From: Promethearchaeota archaeon
Lineage (GTDB): Archaea; Asgardarchaeota; Lokiarchaeia; Sigyniarchaeales; SOKP01
DNA length: 64,000 bases
Direction: 5' to 3'
NCBI GenBank assembly: GCA_048938895.1
Contig: JBHLLU010000007.1
Coordinates: forward strand, 32,001-96,000
This document shows, one piece after another, positions 17,653 through 28,305 of this stretch (its first letter is position 1; the number at the start of each line of letters is the position of its first letter). The notes below the pieces were generated by a model, which ran no database searches, was not told where the DNA came from, and saw only the letters and a program-made list of their open reading frames with translations. Position numbers and translations under genes: made by a program.

Positions 17653-19911
17653 CTAAGTACGCTTATAGATAAATCGTTCCCAACTTTTTCTGTTAGGCAT
17701 TTCTAATGGCATGTCCTTTCTTTTACGGATTTCAAGAATAAGGTCTTCTTCTAAAGAGCCAGGCACCTTTTCAAAACCTAAAAATTCATAACCAAAGAAA
17801 GCCCTTCCTTGTGTTGAGCCTCTGATATCATCAGCAATTCCAATTGTTTCTGCCGCAGGGATTTGACCTTGCACTCTTACGTATTCCCCTTCAGGTATGA
17901 CATTGGTTATTCGGCCTCTTCTCTTAGTTACAGTTGTGGTTACACCTCCTTCAGTGCCTTGAGGTGTTTTTATGTCTATTTTCTGAACTGGTTCATAAAG
18001 ATGAGGTCCTGCTTCTAACATCGCTAATGATACAGCAGAAAAGAACATTCCGGCAATTTGCCCATATTGTGTATGCCTGGGGTCTTCGTGAATGGTCATG
18101 TCTGTAAAAACTACTTTTATTCCGGCTGCGGGTTCTTTTGCTATAATACAATTACCTAACCAGTCTCTAAATGCTGCGCTTAAATAAGATCTAACACGAT
18201 CGAATCTTTGTAGCCCCGTGGTACCGTTAACGAGTAAACTACCATGATAGACATCAACTATTCGTCTTGCTTCTTTTGCATCCCACCCTGCTTCTTCTCT
18301 GAGGATCTGAGCTCTATCTTTATCGTTTTGTAAATCATTTATTTTTCCTGTTTCTATTAATCTTTCTGTAGTCTCATCTAAGGGTTCTATATATAATAAG
18401 ATACGATTATGTGTATTTGCAGACTTAGTATAATATTCTGGACTTTTTTGTGTTATTTTTTCTCTGTAAATAATAATTGGTTCCCCAATGTTTATTTGTA
18501 CTTGATTGTTGATTCTCTTTGTAAGGATTTCTATCTGGAGAGGATCAATACCACTTAGTATAAATTCACCAGATTCGTCGTCTCTTCTATATTCTGCTTC
18601 TGGGTTTGCCTTGAGCCATTTACTTACTACTTCATCCAATTTATCTATCTCGTGAGGATCTTTCGGTTTGATACTTCTTGATACGACCGCTTCACAGGCA
18701 TAATTAATTTTTTCGAATGCAATTTTTGCCAAATTTTTCTTTTCTTCTTTATCCCTCGGAACATTATTCGTCAGCATAAATGTTTCTCCAGCAGGACATA
18801 CGAAACCAAATAAAGCAAAGAGGTTTCCAGCAGGAATCTTAGGAATATCTAAGATATCTGTTATTTCCATAACCCCTAATCGCTTCACACGATTACTTGA
18901 ATCACTGTTTATTAGATAAATTGAATCTGATTGGTCAAATGTACCCGAAAATACACGTCCAATAAGCGTTGCTTGATAATTCCTCTTAGGGTCAAGGAAA
19001 ATTTTTGTAATCATTCCCAGCAATCTACCATTTGGGTCACTCTTAATTAAAGACTGCCCTAGTTCTGAATTTATATTTCCCCCCCAGATATGAGGTATTC
19101 TATATTCAGAAGCTGTGATTGGATCAGGAAGATGATCTACTATCATTCTCAACATTGGCTCATCTAGGGGAAGATTATCCCGTAGCCATTGAATGTCTCC
19201 TTCATTATACTTAGCAAAGACATCTTGAGGTTTCAAACCTTTTTCCAATAATATTTCATATGTAAAACCCCAACCATGTTTAGCAGAACCCACTGCTACT
19301 GAATTCTTCGCAAAATCAATAGACCAATCTGAACCTTCAGGTCTAACTTTTTTAATTAGATCATTAACTTCCCGAGTAATTTTATCTATTTTTGCAAAAG
19401 TATCTTGAGGGCTTAACTTAAGTTCACTTATCAATCTATCAACTTTATTAATAAATAAAACAGGCTTACAGAGTTCTTCTCCTACGGATAAACGAATATT
19501 GGTTTCTGTTTGCGTCATAACTCCTTCTAGAGCATCAACTAAAATAATAGCACCATCGCTCCCTCTAAGCGCTCTTGATACTTCTCCTGTAAAACTAATA
19601 TGTCCCGGGGTATCATTTAATTGAATGATATAGGGTTCAGGATCCTCTGGCTTTCTTGGGTCATTAAATGCAAGGAGAACAACGCTTGTAAATATTGTAA
19701 TGCCCCTTTCTTGTTCTTCATCATCTGAATCAGTCATTTGAAGCTGACCTGCATCTTCAGGTCTCATAAGTCCCGCACGCCTTAATAAGTAATCTGTTGC
19801 TGTGGTTTTACCATGATCAATGTGTGCAGTGATCGAAAATATTCTCTTCTTCTCGTAGGAACCCTCGGTGACTAATTTGGCTATAGTTTCAGGATTTTTT
19901 ACCTTAACCAT
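17653..19911 (-). CDS. fusA: Elongation factor 2 family GTPase, probably the aEF-2 paralog lacking the diphthamide motif
   Basis: AHIDHGKTT, EQERGITI, DTPGH, NKVD; domain IV HEDPRHTQYGQ instead of HEDxxHRG; not next to ribosomal protein genes. Confidence 0.9.
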   Translation of the reverse strand: MVKVKNPETIAKLVTEGSYEKKRIFSITAHIDHGKTTATDYLLRRAGLMRPEDAGQLQMTDSDDEEQERGITIFTSVVLLAFNDPRKPEDPEPYIIQLNDTPGHISFTGEVSRALRGSDGAIILVDALEGVMTQTETNIRLSVGEELCKPVLFINKVDRLISELKLSPQDTFAKIDKITREVNDLIKKVRPEGSDWSIDFAKNSVAVGSAKHGWGFTYEILLEKGLKPQDVFAKYNEGDIQWLRDNLPLDEPMLRMIVDHLPDPITASEYRIPHIWGGNINSELGQSLIKSDPNGRLLGMITKIFLDPKRNYQATLIGRVFSGTFDQSDSIYLINSDSSNRVKRLGVMEITDILDIPKIPAGNLFALFGFVCPAGETFMLTNNVPRDKEEKKNLAKIAFEKINYACEAVVSRSIKPKDPHEIDKLDEVVSKWLKANPEAEYRRDDESGEFILSGIDPLQIEILTKRINNQVQINIGEPIIIYREKITQKSPEYYTKSANTHNRILLYIEPLDETTERLIETGKINDLQNDKDRAQILREEAGWDAKEARRIVDVYHGSLLVNGTTGLQRFDRVRSYLSAAFRDWLGNCIIAKEPAAGIKVVFTDMTIHEDPRHTQYGQIAGMFFSAVSLAMLEAGPHLYEPVQKIDIKTPQGTEGGVTTTVTKRRGRITNVIPEGEYVRVQGQIPAAETIGIADDIRGSTQGRAFFGYEFLGFEKVPGSLEEDLILEIRKRKDMPLEMPNRKSWERFIYKRT

Positions 19912-20123
19912 CGATTAATACACTTTGTTTTCTATTGTTTTTTTATCTATAATGAAGAAGGAAGTATACAAAATCATAAAAATTTTATGAATTTAAGCTA
20001 TAAATTCGTGATTTTTAGCGATTATTTGATTAATAATTAAATAAAATTAAAGGTAAATTTAAAACCACTAACTCTATTACTATTTTAACAACTGAAATTA
20101 GGGACATTTTAAGGTTCTTAAGA

Positions 20124-21431
20124 ATGAATATTTATTTCGTCTTTAAGCTCTCAACTACATGTTTAATTATTCTTGGAACTATAATTTTTGCGGGAGTGTG
20201 CTTCAAACGACGAGATTTATTTTCTTGGCTGATTGCTTTTATTGCTGGTTCAATCTCAGAATTTTTTAGGCTCCTTTCTCAGGAAGATTATGATCTTTAT
20301 TATTTAACGGGATTAATTTTTTCAACATTAACTTTATTGTTAATAATAATAGCAGTTTCTCATGAATATTACACAACATTTATGCATCCTAGTAAATCTG
20401 GACCTGTTTCTATCGTTCTTTTATCTGTTATTCAAATGATCCTTTCAGTTGGTCTCCAAATTATTATTGGAGTCCTATTATTTGTGGCATTATTTCTAAG
20501 TCTGAGGATTTATTTAAAGAAGAAAACACCTACCCATGCATTTTTATGTTTGATTCTAATAAGTGGAATTATAAACATGATAGCTATATCCTTAAGAGAT
20601 GCAGGTATTGAAGGCGCGGAAGAATTTTTTCTTTTTTCTTCAGCTGTAATGGCTACAAATATATTTCTTACCGGAATAGTTGCTCTTATCGAAGATAGGA
20701 TGGTAAAGTCGGAATATAAGTTCCGGTTAGCTTATAATAGAGCTGAATTATATAAAGATCTATTTGTACATGACATCAATAATATACTCCAAAACTTAGA
20801 GTTTTCTTTAGAAATTATATCTCAACAATGTGAAAAGCATGAAATTGAAGAGGATATTAAAGAGCTACTAAGCCTAGCCAAAAAACAGGTAAATAGAGGT
20901 GCTGAACTCGGTATTAACGTGAGAAAACTCTCAGATTTAGAATTGGGTAAAGTTAATTCTATCTCGATTGACTTGAATGGCGACTTAGAAAAAGCAATAG
21001 CATTTGTAAAACCAAGATTTCCAGAAAAAGATGTAAGAATTATAATTGATTCAAAGGAAGAAGGCTTAAAGGTAATTGCAAATGACTATTTATATGATAC
21101 TTTCAGAATAATTATAAACAACGCGATTCGATATAATAATAGCCCTGAAGTAGAAATAAGAATTAATATCATTCCCATACATGAAGAAGGGAATAATTAT
21201 ATAAGAATGGAATTTATAGATAATGGTACAGGATTGCCAGATGCAATGAAACAAAATATTTTTCATAGAAATTATGATGGACCTAAAAATTTTAAACGGT
21301 TCGGACTAGGGCTTCTTCTTGTAAAAGAAGTTGCTCAGAGTTTTAATGGAAGAGTATGGGCAGAAGATAGAGTAAAAGGAGATTTTGAAAAAGGATGTAA
21401 AATAATTATGTTAATCCCTGAAGCTCAATAA
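20124..21431 (+). CDS. Membrane sensor histidine kinase
   Basis: About 6-7 TM; H-box DLFVHDINN; N-box NNAIRYN; DNGTG; GLGL. Confidence 0.9.
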   Translation: MNIYFVFKLSTTCLIILGTIIFAGVCFKRRDLFSWLIAFIAGSISEFFRLLSQEDYDLYYLTGLIFSTLTLLLIIIAVSHEYYTTFMHPSKSGPVSIVLLSVIQMILSVGLQIIIGVLLFVALFLSLRIYLKKKTPTHAFLCLILISGIINMIAISLRDAGIEGAEEFFLFSSAVMATNIFLTGIVALIEDRMVKSEYKFRLAYNRAELYKDLFVHDINNILQNLEFSLEIISQQCEKHEIEEDIKELLSLAKKQVNRGAELGINVRKLSDLELGKVNSISIDLNGDLEKAIAFVKPRFPEKDVRIIIDSKEEGLKVIANDYLYDTFRIIINNAIRYNNSPEVEIRINIIPIHEEGNNYIRMEFIDNGTGLPDAMKQNIFHRNYDGPKNFKRFGLGLLLVKEVAQSFNGRVWAEDRVKGDFEKGCKIIMLIPEAQ

Positions 21432-21433
21432 CC

Positions 21434-22888
21434 TTAAATATAAAAAGGTAGTATTATTTTTGTAAGTAAAGTCAGAGCTTTCTTCCCAGAAGATAATCTA
21501 GCATTCATACAATTATCAAGATTTAGGATATCAAAGTTATCGGGAATCTTAGGCTTAATAAATTTCTTTAAAAAATCAAGAAAATTAGTAAAATCTCTAT
21601 GAGTTTCAGTCCATAAATACCCCTCTTTCTCAAAGAAGCGTGGATTTTTTCTTTTAAATTTTTCTACATGGTCTTTTTCTTTAATTGGTGGTCCCTTGCG
21701 AATATAAGTTTCTGAAATATTTGGATTTTCACAATATATTACGAGATTATACTCATTTATATCATCTTCAAAATAGACTTCAAATAGAATCTTACCGAAC
21801 CGTTCTATGTGTGTAAACTCTTTTTCTCCATTAGCTATGATCTGATCGCCTAAAGAATACAGTTTATCGCGGTTTATTGTATAGTGAATCTCATTATCAA
21901 GGTTTTTTAACTCTATAAGAAATAACTTCTTAAGCAGATTCTCTTTTTCAACATTGAAATCCATCTCTGGAATAGGTTTGAGTTCAAAAAAATCAACACT
22001 TGATTTTTCTAGAAATAGTTTTATTCTGTATTTACAATATCTATAAGACCGTTCTGATATAGCTGATGCGACATTTCTATTTTTGTCTATAGGATCAATA
22101 ATAAGTAAACAATCTTTTTGAAAATGGGTAATTTTTTTTAAGTCTTTTTTACTTCTTTCATAATAATCTAGGGGATTTGAAGCAAGCTTATCAAAATTTT
22201 CAAAAAGATTAATAATGTTCTCAAAATAATAAATAAGTAATTCTGCACTATATCCAATAAATCCTACTTTACCTACAGAACTCTTATCTCCATAGCTATA
22301 GTTTGCTTTAAAAAATTGCTTTAAGAGTCGAACGTCATTTTTCTGGACTTCTGATAAATTATCTCGTATAAAGCGTCCATGCCAAGGTGAACGATCAACC
22401 GCAGTTATTGGTCCCGTCTTTTTAATGACAGCTAAATCTAAATCAAAGTAGAGCACAATATCTATTTTTATTTTTACATTTTCTTGATAAAAATCCACAG
22501 TGACATAGGGATGTTCTGCATATAATAGTCTTGGATTTTGAAATTCTTTTAAATTCAAGCTCGGAATGATCCATCTATTACAGAGATCTAAGAAATCATC
22601 TTTTGACTCTCTCTTTAGCTTATTTTTACTTAATCCCTCATACTTGGGCGCAAAAGAATTATAATCTAACCCAATAAAGAGATCTATATCATAATCCCCC
22701 CTTAATTGTGTTTGTTTTATCCCTGTTGAGCCTTGTGGTTCTATCTTTGTATACTCAATTCCTAATTCTTTCGCTTTCGTAGCTAGAAGGGCTCTTAATT
22801 GATCAGTTATTTTGCTGATTATATCAATTTCAGTTGGAGTTGGGGTAATTTTTTTTAAAACTTCTTCGAAGATATCATCATATGGCAT
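21434..22888 (-). CDS. cca: Archaeal (class I) CCA-adding enzyme
   Basis: GSTG..TQLRGDYDIDLF, YAEHPYV, TAVDRSPWH, GYSAELL, IDPIDKNRNVA. Confidence 0.93.
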   Translation of the reverse strand: MPYDDIFEEVLKKITPTPTEIDIISKITDQLRALLATKAKELGIEYTKIEPQGSTGIKQTQLRGDYDIDLFIGLDYNSFAPKYEGLSKNKLKRESKDDFLDLCNRWIIPSLNLKEFQNPRLLYAEHPYVTVDFYQENVKIKIDIVLYFDLDLAVIKKTGPITAVDRSPWHGRFIRDNLSEVQKNDVRLLKQFFKANYSYGDKSSVGKVGFIGYSAELLIYYFENIINLFENFDKLASNPLDYYERSKKDLKKITHFQKDCLLIIDPIDKNRNVASAISERSYRYCKYRIKLFLEKSSVDFFELKPIPEMDFNVEKENLLKKLFLIELKNLDNEIHYTINRDKLYSLGDQIIANGEKEFTHIERFGKILFEVYFEDDINEYNLVIYCENPNISETYIRKGPPIKEKDHVEKFKRKNPRFFEKEGYLWTETHRDFTNFLDFLKKFIKPKIPDNFDILNLDNCMNARLSSGKKALTLLTKIILPFYI

Positions 22889-22897
22889 CTTATTTGG

Positions 22898-24706
22898 TTA
22901 CATCCCCCACCAAGGATGGTTTGTTTTACGCATTAAAGAGATAAATTCTCTAAGGACTTGTCTTTGATCAGTAGTCAATTCATCCAAAAATTTTCCCATC
23001 AATTGTCTTGCATGAGATTCTGGAACATTAACAAATAATGTTTCATCCTTTCCAATTTCTCTTCCAATTTCAATACCTCGAATAGAAATTGCGACCTCAG
23101 AGTCTTTTTCAGCCTTTTCTAATGTCTCCCCCTTATCTTGAATTTGATGAATTCTTCTAACCCTCTTACCTTCATCAGTTATTAAAGGAACTTTAGGATA
23201 TAAGGTACCAGCTTCAACTTTTACTCCAAATACTGCAGGATCTGAATTCCTGAATATATATTCAGGAAACATTTTTAATTTAGCAGGAAGGATCAATTCA
23301 CTTAAACCTTTTGCGGTATCTTCAGCTTTTCTTGTCTCTGAATATTCAATATAATCCTCCAGCAATCTGTAAATTACATTATTAGTAAAAATTCTTATGT
23401 TATCAATAAATGCCTGTTCATTGGCTTCAGGTAAAATTGGGACATTAAATCCTAGCACAACGGCAGAATAGGGATCAAAAGTTTTTACGATATTAGCATT
23501 AATTACATCTTCTTTTTTTATCGGTCCAACATCAGCAATACTAATTTTTACCCCATTTTTAGTGAAGTGGTTTTCTAAGGCTTCTAAAGAACCCAGGGTA
23601 TCGGCTTTTAAAACCACTCCTGCTTTTTCAGTTTTTATACGGATACTTTCTACTTCAGATTCTATTTCGCTATATACAGCTTCTTCATCAGATGGGCCCC
23701 CGATACCCCTAAAAGGTGATCCTGCGACAACATCATCTATATTTGGGGAGAGAATTTTAATTCCTGCTGCTGCTGTAACCACCTCAACAGAATCGAATTT
23801 CTGTCGGGGATCTCTAATTTCATCTAAAGGTTTGGGTGTAAGTAACGCTCTTACTTTTGATTTTATTGGTTTTTCCAAACCACCAACTATAAATTCGTCC
23901 CCTTTGTGTATAACTCCATCATAAATTAATACATCCATTGTTTTTCCTTGTCCTTTCTCTTTTTTAACCTCTAAAACTACTCCACGTGCGGGACCTTCAG
24001 AAAATTGAATATTTGTAGTTAAATATTGTTGAACTAAACCCATCAATACCAGTAATAAAGTTGAAATTCCCTCTCCGGTTTTACCACTAGTAGGTACAAT
24101 AGCTACTTTCTTGGTAAAATCATTGATTTTATCATAACGGTCTATTCCTTTAAATCCTTCTTCTAAGAAATTACCCATTATTTGAAGAATTTTTTCATCT
24201 AAAAACTCTTTTACATGTGGTTTTTGGGAATTATAAGAATCTTGAAAATCAGCATCTTTTTGAGATTTCCAACCAGATAACCTATCAATTTTATTTGCAG
24301 CTATGACAAATGGAGTTTTTCTCTCTCTTAGTATTCTTACAGATTCCCATGTAATCGGCATCGTACCTGCGGTTACGTCAATTACTAAAATCGCTATGTC
24401 CGCCACAGCACCCCCTCGCTTTCTTAAATTCAAAAATGCTGCATGCCCCGGTGTATCTACCACTAATATTCCAGGAAGTTTAATATCCATCTTACCAAAT
24501 TCCTGTTTGGATTTGCTTAAAAATTCCTTGACATCCTCAGTAGGGAAATAAGAAGCACCAATATGTTGAGTAATACCTGCAGCTTCTCTTTGTTGAACCA
24601 CTGTTCCTCTAATATAATCTAATATAGTAGTTTTTCCATGGTCAATATGCCCCAAAATACAGACAATTGGGGCTCTGATTGTCTTTTCAGTATCTGATGT
24701 TGTCAT
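22898..24706 (-). CDS. infB: Translation initiation factor aIF5B (IF-2)
   Basis: RAPIVCILGHIDHGKT, GITQHIGA, DTPGHAAF, KADTLGSLEAL. Confidence 0.97.
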   Translation of the reverse strand: MTTSDTEKTIRAPIVCILGHIDHGKTTILDYIRGTVVQQREAAGITQHIGASYFPTEDVKEFLSKSKQEFGKMDIKLPGILVVDTPGHAAFLNLRKRGGAVADIAILVIDVTAGTMPITWESVRILRERKTPFVIAANKIDRLSGWKSQKDADFQDSYNSQKPHVKEFLDEKILQIMGNFLEEGFKGIDRYDKINDFTKKVAIVPTSGKTGEGISTLLLVLMGLVQQYLTTNIQFSEGPARGVVLEVKKEKGQGKTMDVLIYDGVIHKGDEFIVGGLEKPIKSKVRALLTPKPLDEIRDPRQKFDSVEVVTAAAGIKILSPNIDDVVAGSPFRGIGGPSDEEAVYSEIESEVESIRIKTEKAGVVLKADTLGSLEALENHFTKNGVKISIADVGPIKKEDVINANIVKTFDPYSAVVLGFNVPILPEANEQAFIDNIRIFTNNVIYRLLEDYIEYSETRKAEDTAKGLSELILPAKLKMFPEYIFRNSDPAVFGVKVEAGTLYPKVPLITDEGKRVRRIHQIQDKGETLEKAEKDSEVAISIRGIEIGREIGKDETLFVNVPESHARQLMGKFLDELTTDQRQVLREFISLMRKTNHPWWGM

Positions 24707-24786
24707 TTAGGATCACTTACTCTATATTTCTATTATTAGTTAATAAAAAGTAATAAGAAAATTAGAAGTTTTTTGATTTTTTCCTT

Positions 24787-27657
24787 TTAACTGTTTACAA
24801 GATATTTTTTAAGATATTTTGCGGTAAATGAGGTTTTTGAGTCAAGGATTTGTTCGGGAGTACCTTTGGTGACAATTTTACCACCTTTTTCCCCACCTTC
24901 GGGGCCTAAATCAATAATATAATCGACAGATTTTATAATATCCATATTATGTTCAATAATAATTACTGTATTTCCTTTATCTACTAATCTTTGGAGTACT
25001 TGTAATAAAAATTTAATATCATACATATGTAATCCTGTAGTAGGTTCATCTAAGATATATAATGTATTTCCTGTACTTGTTTTTCTCAACTCTCTTGCAA
25101 TTTTTAATCTTTGGGATTCTCCACCACTTAAAGTGGTTGAAGATTGTCCTAATTCCAGATAACCTAAACCGACATCTACCACAGTTTTTAAGGTTCTTTT
25201 CAAATTAGGAATATTGTCAAAAAATTCCAAGGCTTGATTGAAGGTCATTTTCAAAACTTCTGAAATTGATTTCCCCTTATATCTTACTTCCAAGGTCTCT
25301 GCATTATATCTTTCCCCTTTACACAGATCACATCTGATATAAACATCAGGTAGGAAATACATTTCTTTAAGGATATAGCCAGTCCCTTTACATTTTTTAC
25401 AATGCCCTGCTTTGGTATTAAAGCTAAATCTACCTTTATTATAACCTCTTTCTTTCGATTTTGGTAATTGAGCAAATATATCTCGAATATAATCTAAAGC
25501 TTTTGTATAAGTTGAAGGAACAGACCTAGGGGTTCTTCCTATTGGAGATTGATCAATGTTAATAATTTTATCTATTTTATCATAACCTTTTATAGTATCA
25601 AAATCTCCTTGTCTAATTTTAGAACTGCGACTATTAATGAGATTATGTAATCCTTTATAAAGACAATCTATAATTAAACTTGTTTTACCCGCCCCTGAAA
25701 CACCAGTTACGCATGTGAATACGCCTAATGGAATTTCGATTTCAATATCTTTTAAATTATTTTCTCTTGCGCCGAAAAGTTGCAAAAAATCATTATCTGA
25801 TTTACGTCGTTTTTTAGGGATTTCAATTTTTTCCATCCCTGATAAAAATTTTCCAGTCAAGGTATCAGACTTTATTATTTCATCTAATGAACCCTCAGCA
25901 ACGATTTCTCCCCCTTTAACACCTGCTAAAGGTCCTAGATCTATAATGTGATCAGCATTCTCCATTATCGCTTCATCATGCTCTACAACAATAACTGTAT
26001 TACCAAGATCTCGTAATTTTTTTAACATTTTTATAAGTCTATTAATATCCCTTTGATGTAAACCAACACTTGGTTCATCCAAAACATATAACACCCCCAC
26101 TAGACTAGAACCTAATTGAGTCGCTAATCTAATTCTTTCTGCTTCTCCAACTGATAATGTATCTGAACGTCGGCTTAAAGATATATAATCTAATCCTACA
26201 TTTTCTAGAAAAGATAATCGATCATTAATCTCTTTTAGTATTTCTTTTGCAATCGTTCTATCAGTCTCATTTAATTGTAGTGATTTAAAAAATTTGATTG
26301 AATCTTTTACAGATAAATCAGTTAATTGAGCGATATTCATATTATTTATAGTTACTGCCAGACTCTCTGGTTTTAAGCGTTTCCCATCACACTGAGGACA
26401 TGCAATCCGATTCATAAAACTTTCATAATTTTCTCGTGCCCATTCAGACCGTGTCTCCATATATCTCCGATGTAGCAATGGTATTATTCCCTCAAATGGT
26501 CTTATAACATCCCAAGAAGATTTATATTCCTCGTGATTATTTCTATATTCATTTCCATTGCTTTCAAAGTGAAATTGAATTGCTTCATCTTCTGTACCAA
26601 ATAACATTTTATTTAATTTCTCAGGCTCTATTTCCTGTAATGGAGTTTTATTAGCACTGAATCCATAGTGTTTAGCTACCTGAACTATGGTTTGCCAAGA
26701 ATATCCCGTTAAAGAGTTAAATCCTGGAATGTCTCTTATTGGTGTATCTATAAGCGGTACTGATAAATCATCGCCTAATACAAGTCCATAATCGAATTCC
26801 ATCACGGTACCAAGACCACTACAATATCTACAACTCCCATGAGGGATATTGAATGAAAACATCTTATGGTCTAATTGTGGAAAAGAAATGCCACAATCTA
26901 TGCAAGCAAGGTGTTCAGAATAAATTTGTTCTGCATCATCAACAACTTCGACTATAACTAATCCTTCTGCGAGTTCTAACGCGTTTTCTATTGAATCTGC
27001 TAATCTTGTTTTTATATCTTTACGCATTACTAACCTATCAATTATGACATTAATATTATGTTTAACATTCTTTGGCATTGTTATTTCTTCATCTAAAGTA
27101 TATTGAATCCCATCAACTTCTACTCTTACATATCCTTGCTTTCTTAAATCTTGTAGAAGATCTTTATACTCTCCTTTCCGGTCTCGAATTACTGGAGATT
27201 TAATTATAAATTTTTGATTTTCCTTTATAGAATCGAGAAGAATTTGAATAATTTGTTGCGGGGTTTGTGGTCTTATTTCTTTTCCACAATTAGGACAATG
27301 TGGAACACCAATATTTGCGAAAAGAAGCCGATAATAATCATAAATCTCCGTAACCGTTCCTACTGTACTTCTAGGATTTTTCGAGAGTGGTTTTTGTTCT
27401 ATCGCAATTGCCGGTGATAAACCTTCAATGGAATCTACATCTGGTTTATCCATTTCGCCTAAAAACTGACGGGCATAGCTTGATAGTGATTCTAAAAATC
27501 TTCTCTGTCCTTCTGCATATAAAGTATCCATTGCTAGACTAGATTTACCACTTCCACTTATTCCTGTTATAACCACTAGTTTATTACGAGGGATAACAAC
27601 ATCAATGTTTTTAAGATTATTTTGTCTAGCCCCTTTTATTACTATAAATTCACTCAT
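24787..27657 (-). CDS. uvrA: Excinuclease ABC subunit A
   Basis: GARQNNLKN, TGISGSGKSSLA, EGQRRFLESLS, zinc fingers, second ATPase GVSGAGKT/LSGGE/LDEPTTGLH. Confidence 0.97.
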   Translation of the reverse strand: MSEFIVIKGARQNNLKNIDVVIPRNKLVVITGISGSGKSSLAMDTLYAEGQRRFLESLSSYARQFLGEMDKPDVDSIEGLSPAIAIEQKPLSKNPRSTVGTVTEIYDYYRLLFANIGVPHCPNCGKEIRPQTPQQIIQILLDSIKENQKFIIKSPVIRDRKGEYKDLLQDLRKQGYVRVEVDGIQYTLDEEITMPKNVKHNINVIIDRLVMRKDIKTRLADSIENALELAEGLVIVEVVDDAEQIYSEHLACIDCGISFPQLDHKMFSFNIPHGSCRYCSGLGTVMEFDYGLVLGDDLSVPLIDTPIRDIPGFNSLTGYSWQTIVQVAKHYGFSANKTPLQEIEPEKLNKMLFGTEDEAIQFHFESNGNEYRNNHEEYKSSWDVIRPFEGIIPLLHRRYMETRSEWARENYESFMNRIACPQCDGKRLKPESLAVTINNMNIAQLTDLSVKDSIKFFKSLQLNETDRTIAKEILKEINDRLSFLENVGLDYISLSRRSDTLSVGEAERIRLATQLGSSLVGVLYVLDEPSVGLHQRDINRLIKMLKKLRDLGNTVIVVEHDEAIMENADHIIDLGPLAGVKGGEIVAEGSLDEIIKSDTLTGKFLSGMEKIEIPKKRRKSDNDFLQLFGARENNLKDIEIEIPLGVFTCVTGVSGAGKTSLIIDCLYKGLHNLINSRSSKIRQGDFDTIKGYDKIDKIINIDQSPIGRTPRSVPSTYTKALDYIRDIFAQLPKSKERGYNKGRFSFNTKAGHCKKCKGTGYILKEMYFLPDVYIRCDLCKGERYNAETLEVRYKGKSISEVLKMTFNQALEFFDNIPNLKRTLKTVVDVGLGYLELGQSSTTLSGGESQRLKIARELRKTSTGNTLYILDEPTTGLHMYDIKFLLQVLQRLVDKGNTVIIIEHNMDIIKSVDYIIDLGPEGGEKGGKIVTKGTPEQILDSKTSFTAKYLKKYLVNS

Positions 27658-27961
27658 ATTCTACTATGTTTTCTAATTCTTGAAATCAAAAAAGTTTTTC
27701 TAGGATATTATAAAACCCAATACTTATATTGAAAATTAAAAAATAATATACAAAATCTGGGTATACGATTTATGAATTATTAAAGGAATATTAGAAAAAT
27801 TCAGCACTCAAAGATTTAAAATAATTTGTATCTATAATTATCCTATCCAATTATAAGACAAGAATTGGTAAAGGTAATATTATATCTAATGATGATCTAT
27901 TGAGTGAGATAATCCCCTACGTTGGTTTATTCAAGATCATGCAACTATCTATTTCGGCCAT

Positions 27962-28264
27962 TTGAATATAGTTAAAGAGCGTGAGGATTCAAAATCATTA
28001 ATACGAAGGCTCTTCACTAAACCACGGGAACTTGATAATAAAAAGATTGAGCCTTTATTTAAGATACTGGATGAAATTGCAAAAGCACATAATAAAACTC
28101 TTGCACAAGTGGCAATTAATTGGCTTATAACAACAGAACAGATATGTGTTATACCAATTCCAGGAATTAGAAATATACGACAAATAAATGATAATATGGG
28201 TGCACTCGGTTGGCACATTACGAAAGAAGAACGTGCTCATATCAACAAAACCGAGATTAGTTGA
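27962..28264 (+). pseudogene. 5'-truncated aldo/keto reductase remnant
   Basis: Only the AKR C-terminus is present (EIAKAHNKTLAQVAINWL...VIPIPG.RNIRQINDNMGALGW); in-frame TGA at 27905 upstream. Confidence 0.75.
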
Positions 28265-28305
28265 AATTATAAGTTCAGAAGAATGCAATTAATGAACTTA
28301 GGTTC

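Noticed and set aside
27889-27940. Imperfect hairpin (ATGATC...GATCAT) with TGATGA upstream of the AKR remnant
   Set aside because: Relies on many G-U pairs and bulges; no recognisable RNA family.
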